A DNA stretch of 63,237 nucleotides, the filler included, from Octopus bimaculoides (Eukaryota), in the NCBI RefSeq assembly GCF_001194135.2. It is 5 parts of 4 records of this genome, joined end to end, with 100 filler letters (N's around TTAATTAATTAA, not from the genome) between each part and the next. Parts side by side here need not be neighbours in the genome. Positions count along the whole stretch, not along the records: positions 1 to 20,124 come from NC_069010.1; positions 20,225 to 51,558 come from NC_068982.1; 3 more parts are not named here. The stretch is one strand, 5' to 3'. This document shows, in pieces, positions 10,560-22,832 of this stretch. The stretch's first letter is position 1. Every line of letters begins with the position of its first letter. The notes beneath the pieces were generated by a model. The model was not told the origin of the DNA and did not search any database. It saw nothing but the letters and a program-made list of their open reading frames with translations. The translations under genes were made by a program, and so were the position numbers.

Positions 10560-13500
10560 GAGGAAACAGATAATGATAACAATAAGTATAAGGTGCAATA
10601 TGTCTCATTTCAAACAGAGAGAAAAAGTAGATATGCTCGCGAATAAAACTTCAAAAACAAATTTTTATCCATGAGTTCGAGGCACTCAAGATACGAAAAC
10701 GGAAATAGCACACACCCAGAGACGGTGATCTGCCAAAAAGTTAAATCTGAACAGGCAGACCCTTTCCTAATGTCACTGCCTAAGTGAAAAACAAATTCAA
10801 AAGAGAAAGGTGGACATGTGACGACTACATCTAAGTGCTTTATGCATTTTACACTGCATAACTATAGCCGGGGAATAGAGAGATAACAAGAGAAACATTT
10901 TAAATATGGAGAAGAAGCAATTTTGATAGAAGGTCTCGGAGAATACTCTTGCGAATGTCCGGCGATATATCCTGAAAGAGGGAAAAGTGTCCCAAACCTA
11001 AATATATAAACTAATAGATAAAGTACGCACGGAAAATAAAATAAAACCTCTCAAAATACAAAACAATGGACTGCAATCAGGCAAAGTCATCGCATTAGAC
11101 ATTATCTCTCCGGAAACGCAGAAGACACCACAAAAGAAAGAAGGGAACACAACAGAAATAACAATACAAACAGTAAATAAAAGGCTAAACCAAAGTAAAC
11201 TCCCTACACTGTTACCCAACCCCAAAATAAATAGAAGAGTACAGCAAATAAATAACACACATAAATAGGCAAATACTGAAGCACAAAGCAACAACAAACA
11301 AAATATCATACACCACAATAGACCAACTATAACCGAGGACTGAGACGAACCGACTGAAGATATAACAAAGGTAGAAGAACTCAATATCATACAGTCAGTA
11401 AATATGGACCAGCGTAAACGTCTCCCCTGGCTACAGAAGAATAAACAGCTCTATGAAAGGATAAATAGATACAACAGAGCCTCACAAGTAATAATGAGCA
11501 TATCGATATTTATACACTAGATATCAACAAACTAAATAACTTGATCTTCTCAACGACTGCAGTAATAACCAAGGAAACTGGACTTTACTCTGACAAGGAG
11601 AATAAAAAAATTCAGCCAAATCTCAAACCTCAAAATGGAAACAGATTTTAATAAATAAAAAGAGACTTATCACTACTTTGTGAATTAGAGAAAATGAGAT
11701 CAAATATGAAGAAATAAAAAAAAGGCCCATATAACAAAACAATACAATATAGACAATAAATAAAATACCTGAAAGGTAAAAGAAAAAATTAAACAGGGCA
11801 TAGCAGCAAAGACTTGCCGCATAAAACGGTATGAAAAACGGGAAGGCTTCTTCCAACAAAATAGAGAATTCAGAATAAACACAAAAAGTTTTTACAGAGA
11901 GTTAAACAAAGAAGATTATATCAATAGACATCATGCCAGCAACATCAGTGATTCAGTTATACTGGGAAGCAATATGGAACAAACCAAAACAATACAACAG
12001 AAATACTTAGCGGATTAATAGGGAAACGGAAAGGAAGAACACAATAGAACTACAGATATGTCCCACAATCACAGGCCAAGAGATCACAGACAGCTGAGGA
12101 GTACCAGCAAGTGGAAAACTTCAGGAATATAGAAGGTTCTCAACTTTTAGTTGAAACACCTCATCAGTACTCATAAGCACGCAGCGACAGCATTCAATTT
12201 ATTGATAAGAGAGCCAGAATCAACATCGAACGGAAATGCTGGAAAAATAGAGATACCGCCCTACCACAAAATCACAGACCAATAGCATGCCTATCGACAT
12301 CAAACTAATTCCTAGCATCAGTATTCCATAACCGGCTTATAAAGCATCTGGAAAATTACAATGTTTTACCAGAAGTACAAAAAGGGTATCGGATAGGGAT
12401 GTATGGTTGTAAGGAGCAACTTCTGGTAAACCGAGCCATTACAGAGAATTGTAAGAGGAGAAAGACAAACATGAGCATGACTTGAATTGATTACTAGAAA
12501 GCATTCGACAGCCTTCCACACTCATGTATACAGGAATTTCTCCACACAAATAAGATAGCCTCACCACTACTAAAATATTTTAAACACGCAATGGCAAATT
12601 GGAAAATCAGTATAACATTAAAACTTACCCGACCCCGGAAGAAGAGGGATTTTTCAGGGAGACTCACTGTCAGACCCCTGCTGTTCTGCCTTTCTCCGCC
12701 CCCGCTAACAGACTTGTTAAGCGAAACCACTATGCTATAGACAAAAAAATAAAACATCTCCTGTACATGGGTGACCTAGAACTTTTCACTAAAAGTACTA
12801 TGGAACAGAGAAACCTTATCAAAATTGTCCATAATTTAAGTAAGGACATCGAAATGAGCATGGGGCTGGACAAATGTGCCAGATTCACTCCGAGAGAGGC
12901 AAATTAATCAGTACTGAAAACTCTGCACTCAACATAGACACAGAAATTAAAGAATTAGACCACGATCGCTTATACAAATATCTGGGAATATACGAAACAG
13001 CGAAAATCCAACACAGAGAAATGAAAGAAACTTAGGAGAGAGTATTATAGAAGAGTATAGAAGAGTTAGACTAATATTAAACACTGAACTTAATGCTAAA
13101 AATAAATAAGATAATAGGGATAAACACGCTAGTCATACCAGTCATAAATTATAGCTTTAACATAATAAACTGGAAGATCAGTAAATTGAGAAACCTAGAT
13201 AGAAAATCCAGAAGACTAATAACAGCGCACCGAAGTCACTACACCAAAGCAGACGCAAGCAGAATATATTTATCCCGCTTAGGAGGAGATTGTGACCTGA
13301 TACAGAAAGCACTAAGAACAAACTACATAAAATACAGAGTAGGCAATACATCAGAAAGTAATAAGTGCAGAATCTGTGAACAAAATGGTGAAACCGTATG
13401 ACATATTACCAGCCAATGTATGCCACTAGCTCAGAAGGAATATAAGAGACGCCACGACAATATAGCAAGGCTTGTCCATTGGACACTTTGCAACAAAGTA

Positions 13501-14013
13501 TGGACTTGACAGAGCAAAAAATTGGTACAACCACAAGCCCGAAAGCATCATCGAAAATGATAACGCAAAGACCCTGTGGAATTTTATGATTCAGTGCGAC
13601 CATGAGATAGAGAATAGGAAGCTGGACATAGTCTTAGTTGAGAAAGAAAACAAACTCTGCTGGGTCATAGATATAACATGCCCAGTTGACAACAAGGTAT
13701 GCGATAAGGAACAAAGAAAAGTCGAGAGATATGACAGGTTAGCTTGCGAGGTAAAGCAGTCATAGTCGATGAAGAAGGTGGTAGTAGTACCAATTATTGT
13801 CGGAGCCTTGGGAACAGTGAGTAAAAATCACGAGAAGTTCATGGAACAAATAGGGGCTGCAATAAGGGTGGAGCACGTGCAGAAAACAGCACTGCTTGGA
13901 AGCGCTCGAATACTCCAGAAGGTGCTCGAAAAACAAGAGGTGTTACCTTAGTTCACTGGTAGTGAACAACTGGCAACGTGGTACATCTCCAACGTTAGAA
14001 GCTGTGCAAAGGC
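10560..14013 (+). mobile_element. Near-full-length degenerate R4/Dong-clade LINE (RT plus restriction-like endonuclease)
   Basis: KIKQGIAAKTCRIKRYEK; NHRPIACLST; IDY*KAFDSLPH; RGIFQGDSLS; HLLYMGDLELF; CRIC...HI..C (CCHC); RKLDIVLVEK...VIDITCP; VPIIVGALG. Ends in a 3' UTR followed by (AAT)n. Many stops and frameshifts; the 5' boundary is approximate. Confidence 0.92.

Positions 14014-14094
<81 letters not shown>
14014..14094. repeat. (AAT)n microsatellite at the R4/Dong 3' junction
   Basis: Direct sequence. Confidence 0.95.
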
Positions 14095-14824
14095 CTTTTC
14101 TTGAGTTTGTAAGTCATGTAATAGAAGATAACTATTTCATTTTCATTTCAATACATTTTAATATTTCTGTATGCCTTTGAGTCTGTCTCATTCGGTGTGT
14201 TCTAACCGCTACCAAATAATCCATTGATAAGGAGGCAATCAGGTAATCACTAAAGCCAAAAAAAAAAAAAAAACTCAATTCGATTGTCCTATTCAGTTAT
14301 ATGTGATCGAAGTATTGTCTGAGTAGAAATTAAAGGAAAGATGACTAAGAGAAGACTGAACCTCGAGCAGACAGGTATGAATGTAGGCCATTCCCACCAC
14401 TCTGTATTACATACTGCAGTAGATTTATTCGAAAGGAGAAATGATAAAGTGATAATTAAAATAACAGCAACCAAAACGATATTTGCAGATAAAACATGAG
14501 GTAAGTTTACATGTTCTTCTTTCGGTCTTGAATTGTTCTTCACACATAAGCACAAAGAAAAATATGTTAATATTACAATCTTAAAACATATTAAAGAGTT
14601 GATCAAAAATAAGAATACAAGTTATTATTTTTAGGAGATGTTAATTGTTCTATGTTCCATGTATCAGAATTGGTAAAGTAAAATTAAGTAGGATGTAGTT
14701 AGAGAAACTTTAGATGACATTCTAGATATAATATGGAATCATAAGACAAAAATGGTGGAAAGTAAAATGTATTGGGCAAACAGATTACACACAGCTGACA
14801 GAAGAGAAAGAGATGAGATGCAAT

Positions 14825-14955
14825 ATATAGATGACGTACAATATATAGATGACATACTAGATATAGAAGATATACTAGATACAGATGATATACTGGACAG
14901 GTGACCTACTAGATTTCGATGATATACTTGACAGAGATGACATACAAGATATGGA
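14825..14955. repeat. Degenerate 18-bp minisatellite (consensus ~ATAGATGATATACTAGAT), about 7 units
   Basis: ATAGATGACGTACAATAT / ATAGATGACATACTAGAT / ATAGAAGATATACTAGAT / ACAGATGATATACTGGAC and further units. Confidence 0.8.
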
Positions 14956-15173
14956 TAAGTCTACTATTTGTTACTAATTTGCAATATATAAATTACCAGA
15001 TACTAGATACAGGTGACATTCTCGTTAAAGCACAATATTCGGAAATCGTGCTGATCCACTGAAATTTAGACCAACTCTTCGCTATATTTTATCACCTACA
15101 CTTAGCAAAGAACTGATAATTTGGTGACCTCATTTTACGATTTGAGTTTTCCAACAAAGAGACTTGTCCTTAC

Positions 15174-15245
15174 AGTTTCTTTATACTGGGCAGGAACAGG
15201 AAAGCGCCATCTTCATATTCTTGTATTTGGTTGTTCTGCAACTCT
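15174..15245 (-). CDS. Exon A (72 bp, phase 2 to 2): single leucine-rich repeat ELQNNQIQEYEDGAFLFLPSIKK(L)
   Basis: Acceptor TTTGTCTCTTTATTTTCAG, donor CT|GTAAGG. A 72-bp phase-2/2 exon is the classic one-LRR-per-exon unit, and the peptide fits LxxNxIxxxxxxAFxxLxxIxxL. Confidence 0.9.
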
Positions 15246-15961
15246 CTGAAAATAAAGAGACAAATATTACACACGTTAAGATAAGTAAAAGTAAATAAAT
15301 TTGTTTTCTGTTGTTCGATACTGTCTAAATTGCTCTTTTGTCAACACCAACAGAATGAAAGCTGATGCTCAAAGACAATTGTTTATTTCTCTTTATAGTT
15401 CTCATGGAAGTGTTGTTTGGACAGGAATTAGTTCCTTCATTCTAACTTAATTATCCTTAGGGAATACCTTCTACTAAACCAAACAGCAAAAGATGAATGA
15501 TGATAAAATATAAAAAAATAACAATGAGACTTTGTTATGTGCACAATATGGGTTTTACATAACATTTCATTCATGTATCATATATATATATATANNNNNN
15601 NNNNNNNNNNNNNNNNNNNNNNNNNNNNNNNNNNNNNNNNNNNNNNNNNNNNNNNNNNNNNNNNNNNNNNNNNNNNNNNNNNNNNNNNNNNNNNNNNNNN
15701 NNNNNNNNNNNNNNNNNNNNNNNNNNNNNNNNNNNNNNNNNNNNNNNNNNNNNNNNNNNNNNNNNNNNNNNNNNNNNNNNNNNNNNNNNNNNNNNNNNNN
15801 NNNNNNNNNNNNNNNNNNNNNNNNNNNNNNNNNNNNNNNNNNNNNNNNNNNNNNNNNNNNNNNNNNNNNNNNNNNNNNNNNNNNNNNNNNNNNNNNNNNN
15901 NNNNNNNNNNNNNNNNNNNNNNNNNNNNNNNNNNNNNNNNNNNNNNNNNNNNNNNNNNNNN

Positions 15962-16215
15962 TTTCTGGGTCTTTCATAATACTATTAAATAGTATTACTA
16001 ACATTTCGTGTGCGGACGAGAGTGATGAGAGCCAGAAATTTGGTACTCTATCAGTACCAGGGGATTTCCACTTATGAGCCTTCGTTAGCGCCCTCCTAAA
16101 GTCGGCGATTCAGATGTCTTCCCATACCTGTTCTTGTAGATTTTTATAGGCATTTTGGGTGCGTTTGATCCAGTTTCCATTTTCGTTGTATGGTTCCTCA
16201 TCAGATCCCTTTCCA
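15962..16215 (-). mobile_element. R4/Dong-clade LINE fragment (pre-RT region), 5'-truncated at a trinucleotide repeat and cut by a gap
   Basis: EEPYNENGNWIKR...ALTKAHKWKSPGTDRVPNFWLSSL...FNSIMKDPE. Confidence 0.8.
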
Positions 16216-16227
16216 AATATGAAAACG

Positions 16228-16269
16228 ATGAGGAGGAAGACGATGATGGTGATGATGATGATGATGATA

Positions 16270-16301
<32 letters not shown>

Positions 16302-16323
16302 AATGATGATGATGATGATGATG
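16228..16323. repeat. (GAT)n microsatellite
   Basis: Direct sequence. Confidence 0.95.
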
Positions 16324-16475
16324 AAAAACAGAAAAAGTAACATAAGAAAAAAGAAAAACGAAAGAATGAAACAGAATAGGACGGCCTGAAAACGAAGCTG
16401 CTGAGAAGATAAAACCGTAGAATAATTCGTTTCTCTCGTCTAACAGTATCTCTGACTGTTGCGCATATGTGCATA

Positions 16476-18867
16476 TAGTATATTTCCATGTATAAGATGA
16501 CCATCAGATAACACGAGTTCAAAATTTGTAAAAGAATTCATGAATTCATCTTACATCTGTAGTATAAGACGACTGATAAATTACAAAACGATCTGTGCAC
16601 AGGCTAGCTTTTGCCACAACAGGTATCTTTAGAAAGGTTATGTAAAGACGATGTTATTACAAATGTTTTTTTTACTTACTTTATCCTTAGAAATTAAAAT
16701 AAACAAAATAAATCCGTTTCTACATCATGTGTTTTCATATACACGTCGCCTAGAAGAGAACCTGATTATTCTTCTTCGTTATGAAAACTGTATCGCTGAC
16801 ATAACAACCGCTAACAACAATACGACAATATGGGTTCATATGACTGAAATGTTCTAAACAGTTACAGTCAGCCTGGAGTATTAATAACCATTTACCTATA
16901 CTTCATATAAAATCACAAACTGTCTAGTCAAGTGAAATTTATAATTATTTTATACCCATACCAATATGCAACCACCAGCAAAAAGAAGAAAATATGCGGC
17001 TAGTTTCAAATTGAAAGTTATAGAAATAGCCAAGAGTTTGAATAATTGTGCTTCTGCTAGAACACTCGATGTTACTGAGAAGATGGTAGGAGAGTGGACA
17101 AAGAATGAGGAAAAATTAAGACAAATGCCCAAACAAAAACGTGCAATGAGAAGAGGAAGCACTCGTTGACCGAAGCTGAAAAATGATGTAGCAGAATGGG
17201 TACTCTAACAGATGGTTACATTGTAGCACAAAATAAAATAAGATTTTATGCCCTAAGAGGGATTAAATCATATAAAGAAGAGAAAGTAAATATTTTAAAG
17301 CAACAGTAGGCTGATGCAATCGTTTTATGTACAGAAAAAATCTGGAAATAAGGGAAAAAAACAAAAATCGTCAAAAAGCTCCCCGAAAGATCTTGATCAC
17401 AAAGTAATCAGTTTTCACCAGTTCATCATCCAGTTGAGAAAAAGGCATCAGTTTCCATTGTCTCATATTGGAAATATGGATGAAACTCCATTAAACTTTG
17501 ACATGCTCGGTAACAAAACGGTAGATTTGAAAGGAGTAAAAACAGTGCACGTTAAAAGCACAGGATATGCAAAAACGAGGTTTACGGTGGTATTATCTTG
17601 CATGGCTGACCGTGCAAAAGTAAAACCATGGTTATTTCTAAACGTGGAACAAAACCCAAAATAGATTTTTCTCCTGTCGTTTTTGTTCATTTTCACGAGA
17701 CAGGGTAGCTGGACGGGAGCGGTGTGAAATTATGGGTTGAGAATATCTGGAACAAGCAGCCAGGAAGAATATGAAACAAACATAGTTTCTTGGTTTGGGA
17801 TATGTTTGGTAGCCACGTAACGGCAAATACTAAAACTCTGGGTGTCCAAAACCAATACTGATATTGTTGTTGTAGTGTAGTCACTTTGATACCACTTTAA
17901 ACAAACCATTTAAATTAAAGATAATGTGAGATAACAATGGAATGACTGGTGATGAGTGGGGAAAAATCTTTTACAAAAGGTGGAGCTATGCGTGCTGCCT
18001 CACTTGATGTTCTCTGTGATTTTGCTATAAAATTAAAGTAGGAAATGTGATAAAATCATTTAAAAAGTGCGGTATCTCTAAAACCATGGATGGTACCGAA
18101 GATGATAATCTATACAACAGCGACGACGAAGTCGAAGTCTATTCACAAGGAAGAGATTGTAATCATTACGATGAAGGTATATATGATAAACCTTGTGGTA
18201 TGTATGAAAAACTTTTAGAAACCGATAGTGGTGATTGTGAGGAATTTGATGGATTTTAGATAAATGCATGTGGCAGGTTTGATGTTTCATTAATATTATT
18301 TACCTTGAAAGGAAATAAAAAAATATCATAAAGTCATGTTTTAAATGCAACTACTGTAAAATAATTTTATTGAAAAATACAGACTGTTGTAATCCAAATT
18401 GTGTTATTTACCACCAAATGATAATAAATATTTTATAAAAAATATAAATATGTTATTCTAAATGCTATTACTACAGTTACATATCACCATTAAAATGTTT
18501 GAAAGGTTAGTAAAAGATAAAGGTTACTGTGAACGCAACCATAACTCGACGTTTCTATTTTCTCAACAAAGCTCGTATAGATAAAAGTTGATTTCAATGA
18601 TATAGAACCATCTCTCAAATAAACTATTTGTTGTGAAGATATGCCAATAATATATAAAGTAAATATGTTTTTATTGCCTGTATTATAATTTTTTTAATGT
18701 TAATTTATTCACGTATGTGTGGTTATCGCACCATGGTCGAAACTAGCTTTCTTATAAAATCACTTAAAATTCTAAGTTTGATTTTTAGAATGGTGGTATA
18801 AGACGATCCCAATTTTTTAGTGTAAATTTTAGGTTTTAAAGGTCGTCTTATACGCGGAAATATACGG
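16476..18867 (+). mobile_element. pogo/Tigger-family DNA transposon, full-length and degenerate
   Basis: Right end GGTCGTCTTATACGCGGAAATATACGG|TA matches decayed left end TA|TAGTATATTTCCATGTATAAGATGACC. Transposase remnants: MQPPAKRRKYAASFKLKVIEIAK (Brk-like DBD), IGNMDETPLNFDM...KTVHVKSTG...RFTVVLSC (DDE_1), DGTEDD. Confidence 0.9.
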
Positions 18868-20223
18868 TACCTATATGTATGTATATATGTATATATACAG
18901 AATATGAGGGGTTTAGTTCACTTGTGATCTAAAAGAATACGTACGCTGAATAATTGCTATAATTAGTCGAGCTTTAGGTTCCAAGAATAGAGCTAAGGCT
19001 GGATCTAGTGATTTATTTTAGGGTTTCGTTATAGTAGGCATATATTATATTATAGGAAAAATCAAAACCAAAGCAGAACTAGTATCTCAAGACATTTAGA
19101 ATAATTTAAATAGGGTAAGATGAATCTGAAACCTTACAGCCGTTTCTGGGATAACCCAAATGGTAGATTAGTATATCCATGCACTGGGAATTCAAGGTAT
19201 GAATATTCAAGAAAGTTATGAATATTTTAGACAAGAAAAATTTACAGTTTACAAGGAATAAAATACAAGAATAAATGAGTAAAGAGAATAAAGGGCAAAT
19301 GTAGTTAGAAGAATATAGACAGGAGAATAATGTCCACAACTCGTTTTTTCCAGAGAATATGGATGTTGGTCGGTACTTCCATGAAGTTTCAGGTTCTTAG
19401 CTAAAATCATAGGTAAATCCAGGCGGTATTTTTGCAGTATGATGAACGATGTATTCATATTGTAAATGTGTATATGGGACGAGAAAGTAAGATAGCCATA
19501 AATTGGTTTTGTGTGTGAGTGTATATAGGAGAGCGAGGAGAAAGAGAGAGAGAGGGAGAGAGAGAGAAGTGAGGAATAAAAATAAGATAGTGGTAAAAGG
19601 GTAAAAGTAAGAAGAAAAATAAAAAAATAAAATAAAAGCAAAGATAAAGAACAGAGATATAACAAATGTTTTTTGTGAGTGAGAGAGGAGTAAAATAGTG
19701 AGGAGAAAGTGAGATTGGTTAAAGGAATGAAAATAAAAATACGATAGGGGTTAAAAGATAAAAATAAGAATGAAAATAGAATAAAAGTAAAGGCCATGAT
19801 AGAGATATGTCAGTATTTCATCGGGAGATAGGGGAAACGTTAAAGTTTTAGTAAAGTGGATGTAAAAGGCCAATCTAGGTAAGGTTGCAAAGGACAGTAT
19901 TATAGTGGTTAGAAATCATATTTCAAGCTTAATAGCGATTAAATGATACGAGATAAAGGATTAAGAATTAAAGTTAAAATTGAAAACCAAAATAGCAAAC
20001 AAAGTAAAATATAACCTGAAAACTACAAAAACTAAAAATTATCGAATTGAAACTAGCTAGCTTTTAAGATAGTCATGTTCATAGAGAGGTAAAGGAAAAA
20101 GAAGAAAGCGTACATAATATATATNNNNNNNNNNNNNNNNNNNNNNNNNNNNNNNNNNNNNNNNNNNNTTAATTAATTAANNNNNNNNNNNNNNNNNNNN
20201 NNNNNNNNNNNNNNNNNNNNNNN

Positions 20224-20460
<237 letters not shown>

Positions 20461-22440
20461 AGTGTATTTGAAGATGAAATATTCCTAGCACTATATATGA
20501 TTGATTGAAAGTTCTTCATTTTAAAATTTATAATATAATAACCTTAATAACTATACTAAATTTTTCTGGTTTGCATAAGGTTTTAACGAGCCTTTTACAA
20601 CTTGATTTTAGTTATTTTCGAAAGCGTGTTCAGGGTAAATATATGAATTTGAATTAACAGTAAGCATTTTACAGTTTCTAATTAGCCTTTCCATTTTTAT
20701 TTTAAAAATATATACATATCGTTGGACTAATGCTTAATTCTAACATATGTTTTTTTAAGGACGTAAGCGACACAATTCGAATGGAAATTATTTATTTACA
20801 AGGAAACAAATATTGCAAAACAAAGTCTTTCCTATACTCTTAATGATATTTTCAGATTCTAACAGTTTTCTATGAGGGCCAAGCATAAGTTCTAATACTA
20901 GGACGTGGGTTACAAACAATGACATATTTCGGCATCTCCCGGGAACCTAGTTACAAAACGGAAGCTGGTCCGAAATAGATTGCAATAGATTGACTAAAGC
21001 CATTGCGCTCCAAAGCAGACAGAAGTGTCTTACAGAGTTACAATTACATCTACCACAAAAAGGAAAATCAGGAGCACTCTCTAAAATTCAATTCTACAGT
21101 TTCCCTACACTAACTTTCCAATTAAAGGCTTTGGCAGACCAAAATACAAGGTAGGTGATAGTTGCCAAAACTGCTGTGCGATGGAATTGGACAGGAAGTT
21201 GTATCATTATGGGACATGCATTTTAAGTGTCATTAAAGCAAGATATGGTTATGGAGATGCTTAATTTACTTATAGATAAAATTTTTAAATGAATGCATAC
21301 ATGTAAAATTATTTTGGATACTGGGAATGAAATGAAATAGGGTTGATATATGAGTGTATATATTAATATATATATATATATANNNNNNNNNNNNNNNNNN
21401 NNNNNNNNNNNNNNNNNNNNNNNNNNNNNNNNNNNNNNNNNNNNNNNNNNNNNNNNNNNNNNNNNNNNNNNNNNNNNNNNNNNNNNNNNNNNNNNNNNNN
21501 NNNNNNNNNNNNNNNNNNNNNNNNNNNNNNNNNNNNNNNNNNNNNNNNNNNNNNNNNNNNNNNNNNNNNNNNNNNNNNNNNNNNNNNNNNNNNNNNNNNN
21601 NNNNNNNNNNNNNNNNNNNNNNNNNNNNNNNNNNNNNNNNNNNNNNNNNNNNNNNNNNNNNNNNNNNNNNNNNNNNNNNNNNNNNNNNNNNNNNNNNNNN
21701 NNNNNNNNNNNNNNNNNNNNNNNNNNNNNNNNNNNNNNNNNNNNNNNNNNNNNNNNNNNNNNNNNNNNNNNNNNNNNNNNNNNNNNNNNNNNNNNNNNNN
21801 NNNNNNNNNNNNNNNNNNNNNNNNNNNNNNNNNNNTATATATATATAAGCATTTCGTTCAATGTTCATGTATGCGCAGGAACTGGGTATGCAGACATCCT
21901 TTTAAACTATTTCATTAATGTTACTTTGTCTTGCTCTCATTTGCTTTCTATTGTCGTGCTATCAAACTACGACTGCATAGATATTTTTAAGATTCTATGT
22001 ATTAATTCTAAAATTTTTAAATATCCATCTAAATTATCCATTAGCTTCAAATTAAGAATCCAGATAGATTCCACCACATCTAGTACGGAATATAATGCAT
22101 GTATGTAATTTATTTAAAACGCTCAAGTAGAATATTTTGTAATTCTAATTTCCTTTTATTACATTAAATACTAGAAATGATTTCAAATATATACGTAATG
22201 TATTTTAACTTCTAAGTTTTACTGCATTTTACCGCGGAGGGAATAATTCTCAATTATGATAAAAGTTGTAGAAATAACATTTCTCTTTAGTGATGCCTCC
22301 CATCGGACTCCTGGGTGCGTTTCTGTCTATTTACACTTCCTCAGTAGGAAATACCGAAGAGAGCGGCCCTGGGCAGAGAGAAGTCGTAGCTTTATAATGG
22401 AATAGTCAATTGTCAGTGACTGACATGAATAAATACAGAA

Positions 22441-22832
22441 GCAGTACGGTGTGGTAAGTAGCTTGCCTACCAACCACACGGTTCAGGGTTCATTCCCACT
22501 GCGTGGCACCTTGGGCAAGTGTCTTCTACTATAGCTTCGGCCCGACTAGAGCCTTGTGAGTGGATTTGGTAGACGGAAACTGAAAGAAGCCCGTCGTATA
22601 TATGTATATATATGTATGTGTGTGTATAAGCTTGTGTGTCTTTGTTTGTCCCCCCCCCAACATCACTTGACAACCGATGGGGGTGTGTTTACGTCCCTTA
22701 ACATAACGGTTCGGCAAAAGAAACCGATAGAATAAGTACTAGGCATCCAACGAATAAGTCCTGGGGTCGATTTGCTTGACTATAGGCGGTGCTCCAGCAT
22801 GGCCGCAGTCAAATGACTAAGACAAGTAAAAG
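22441..22832 (+). mobile_element. tRNA-SINE family B with CORE-like CACCTTGGGCAAGTGTCTT segment and internal TA/TG repeat
   Basis: A/B-box-like head. Colinear with the copy at 54405-54725. Confidence 0.85.

Noticed and set aside
20599-20870. LRR-like peptides LTVNSNSYIYPEHAFEN and LLESENIIKSIGKTLFCNI on the minus strand
   Set aside because: Wrong spacing or phase (not 72 bp, phase 2-2), a stop codon and weak acceptors.
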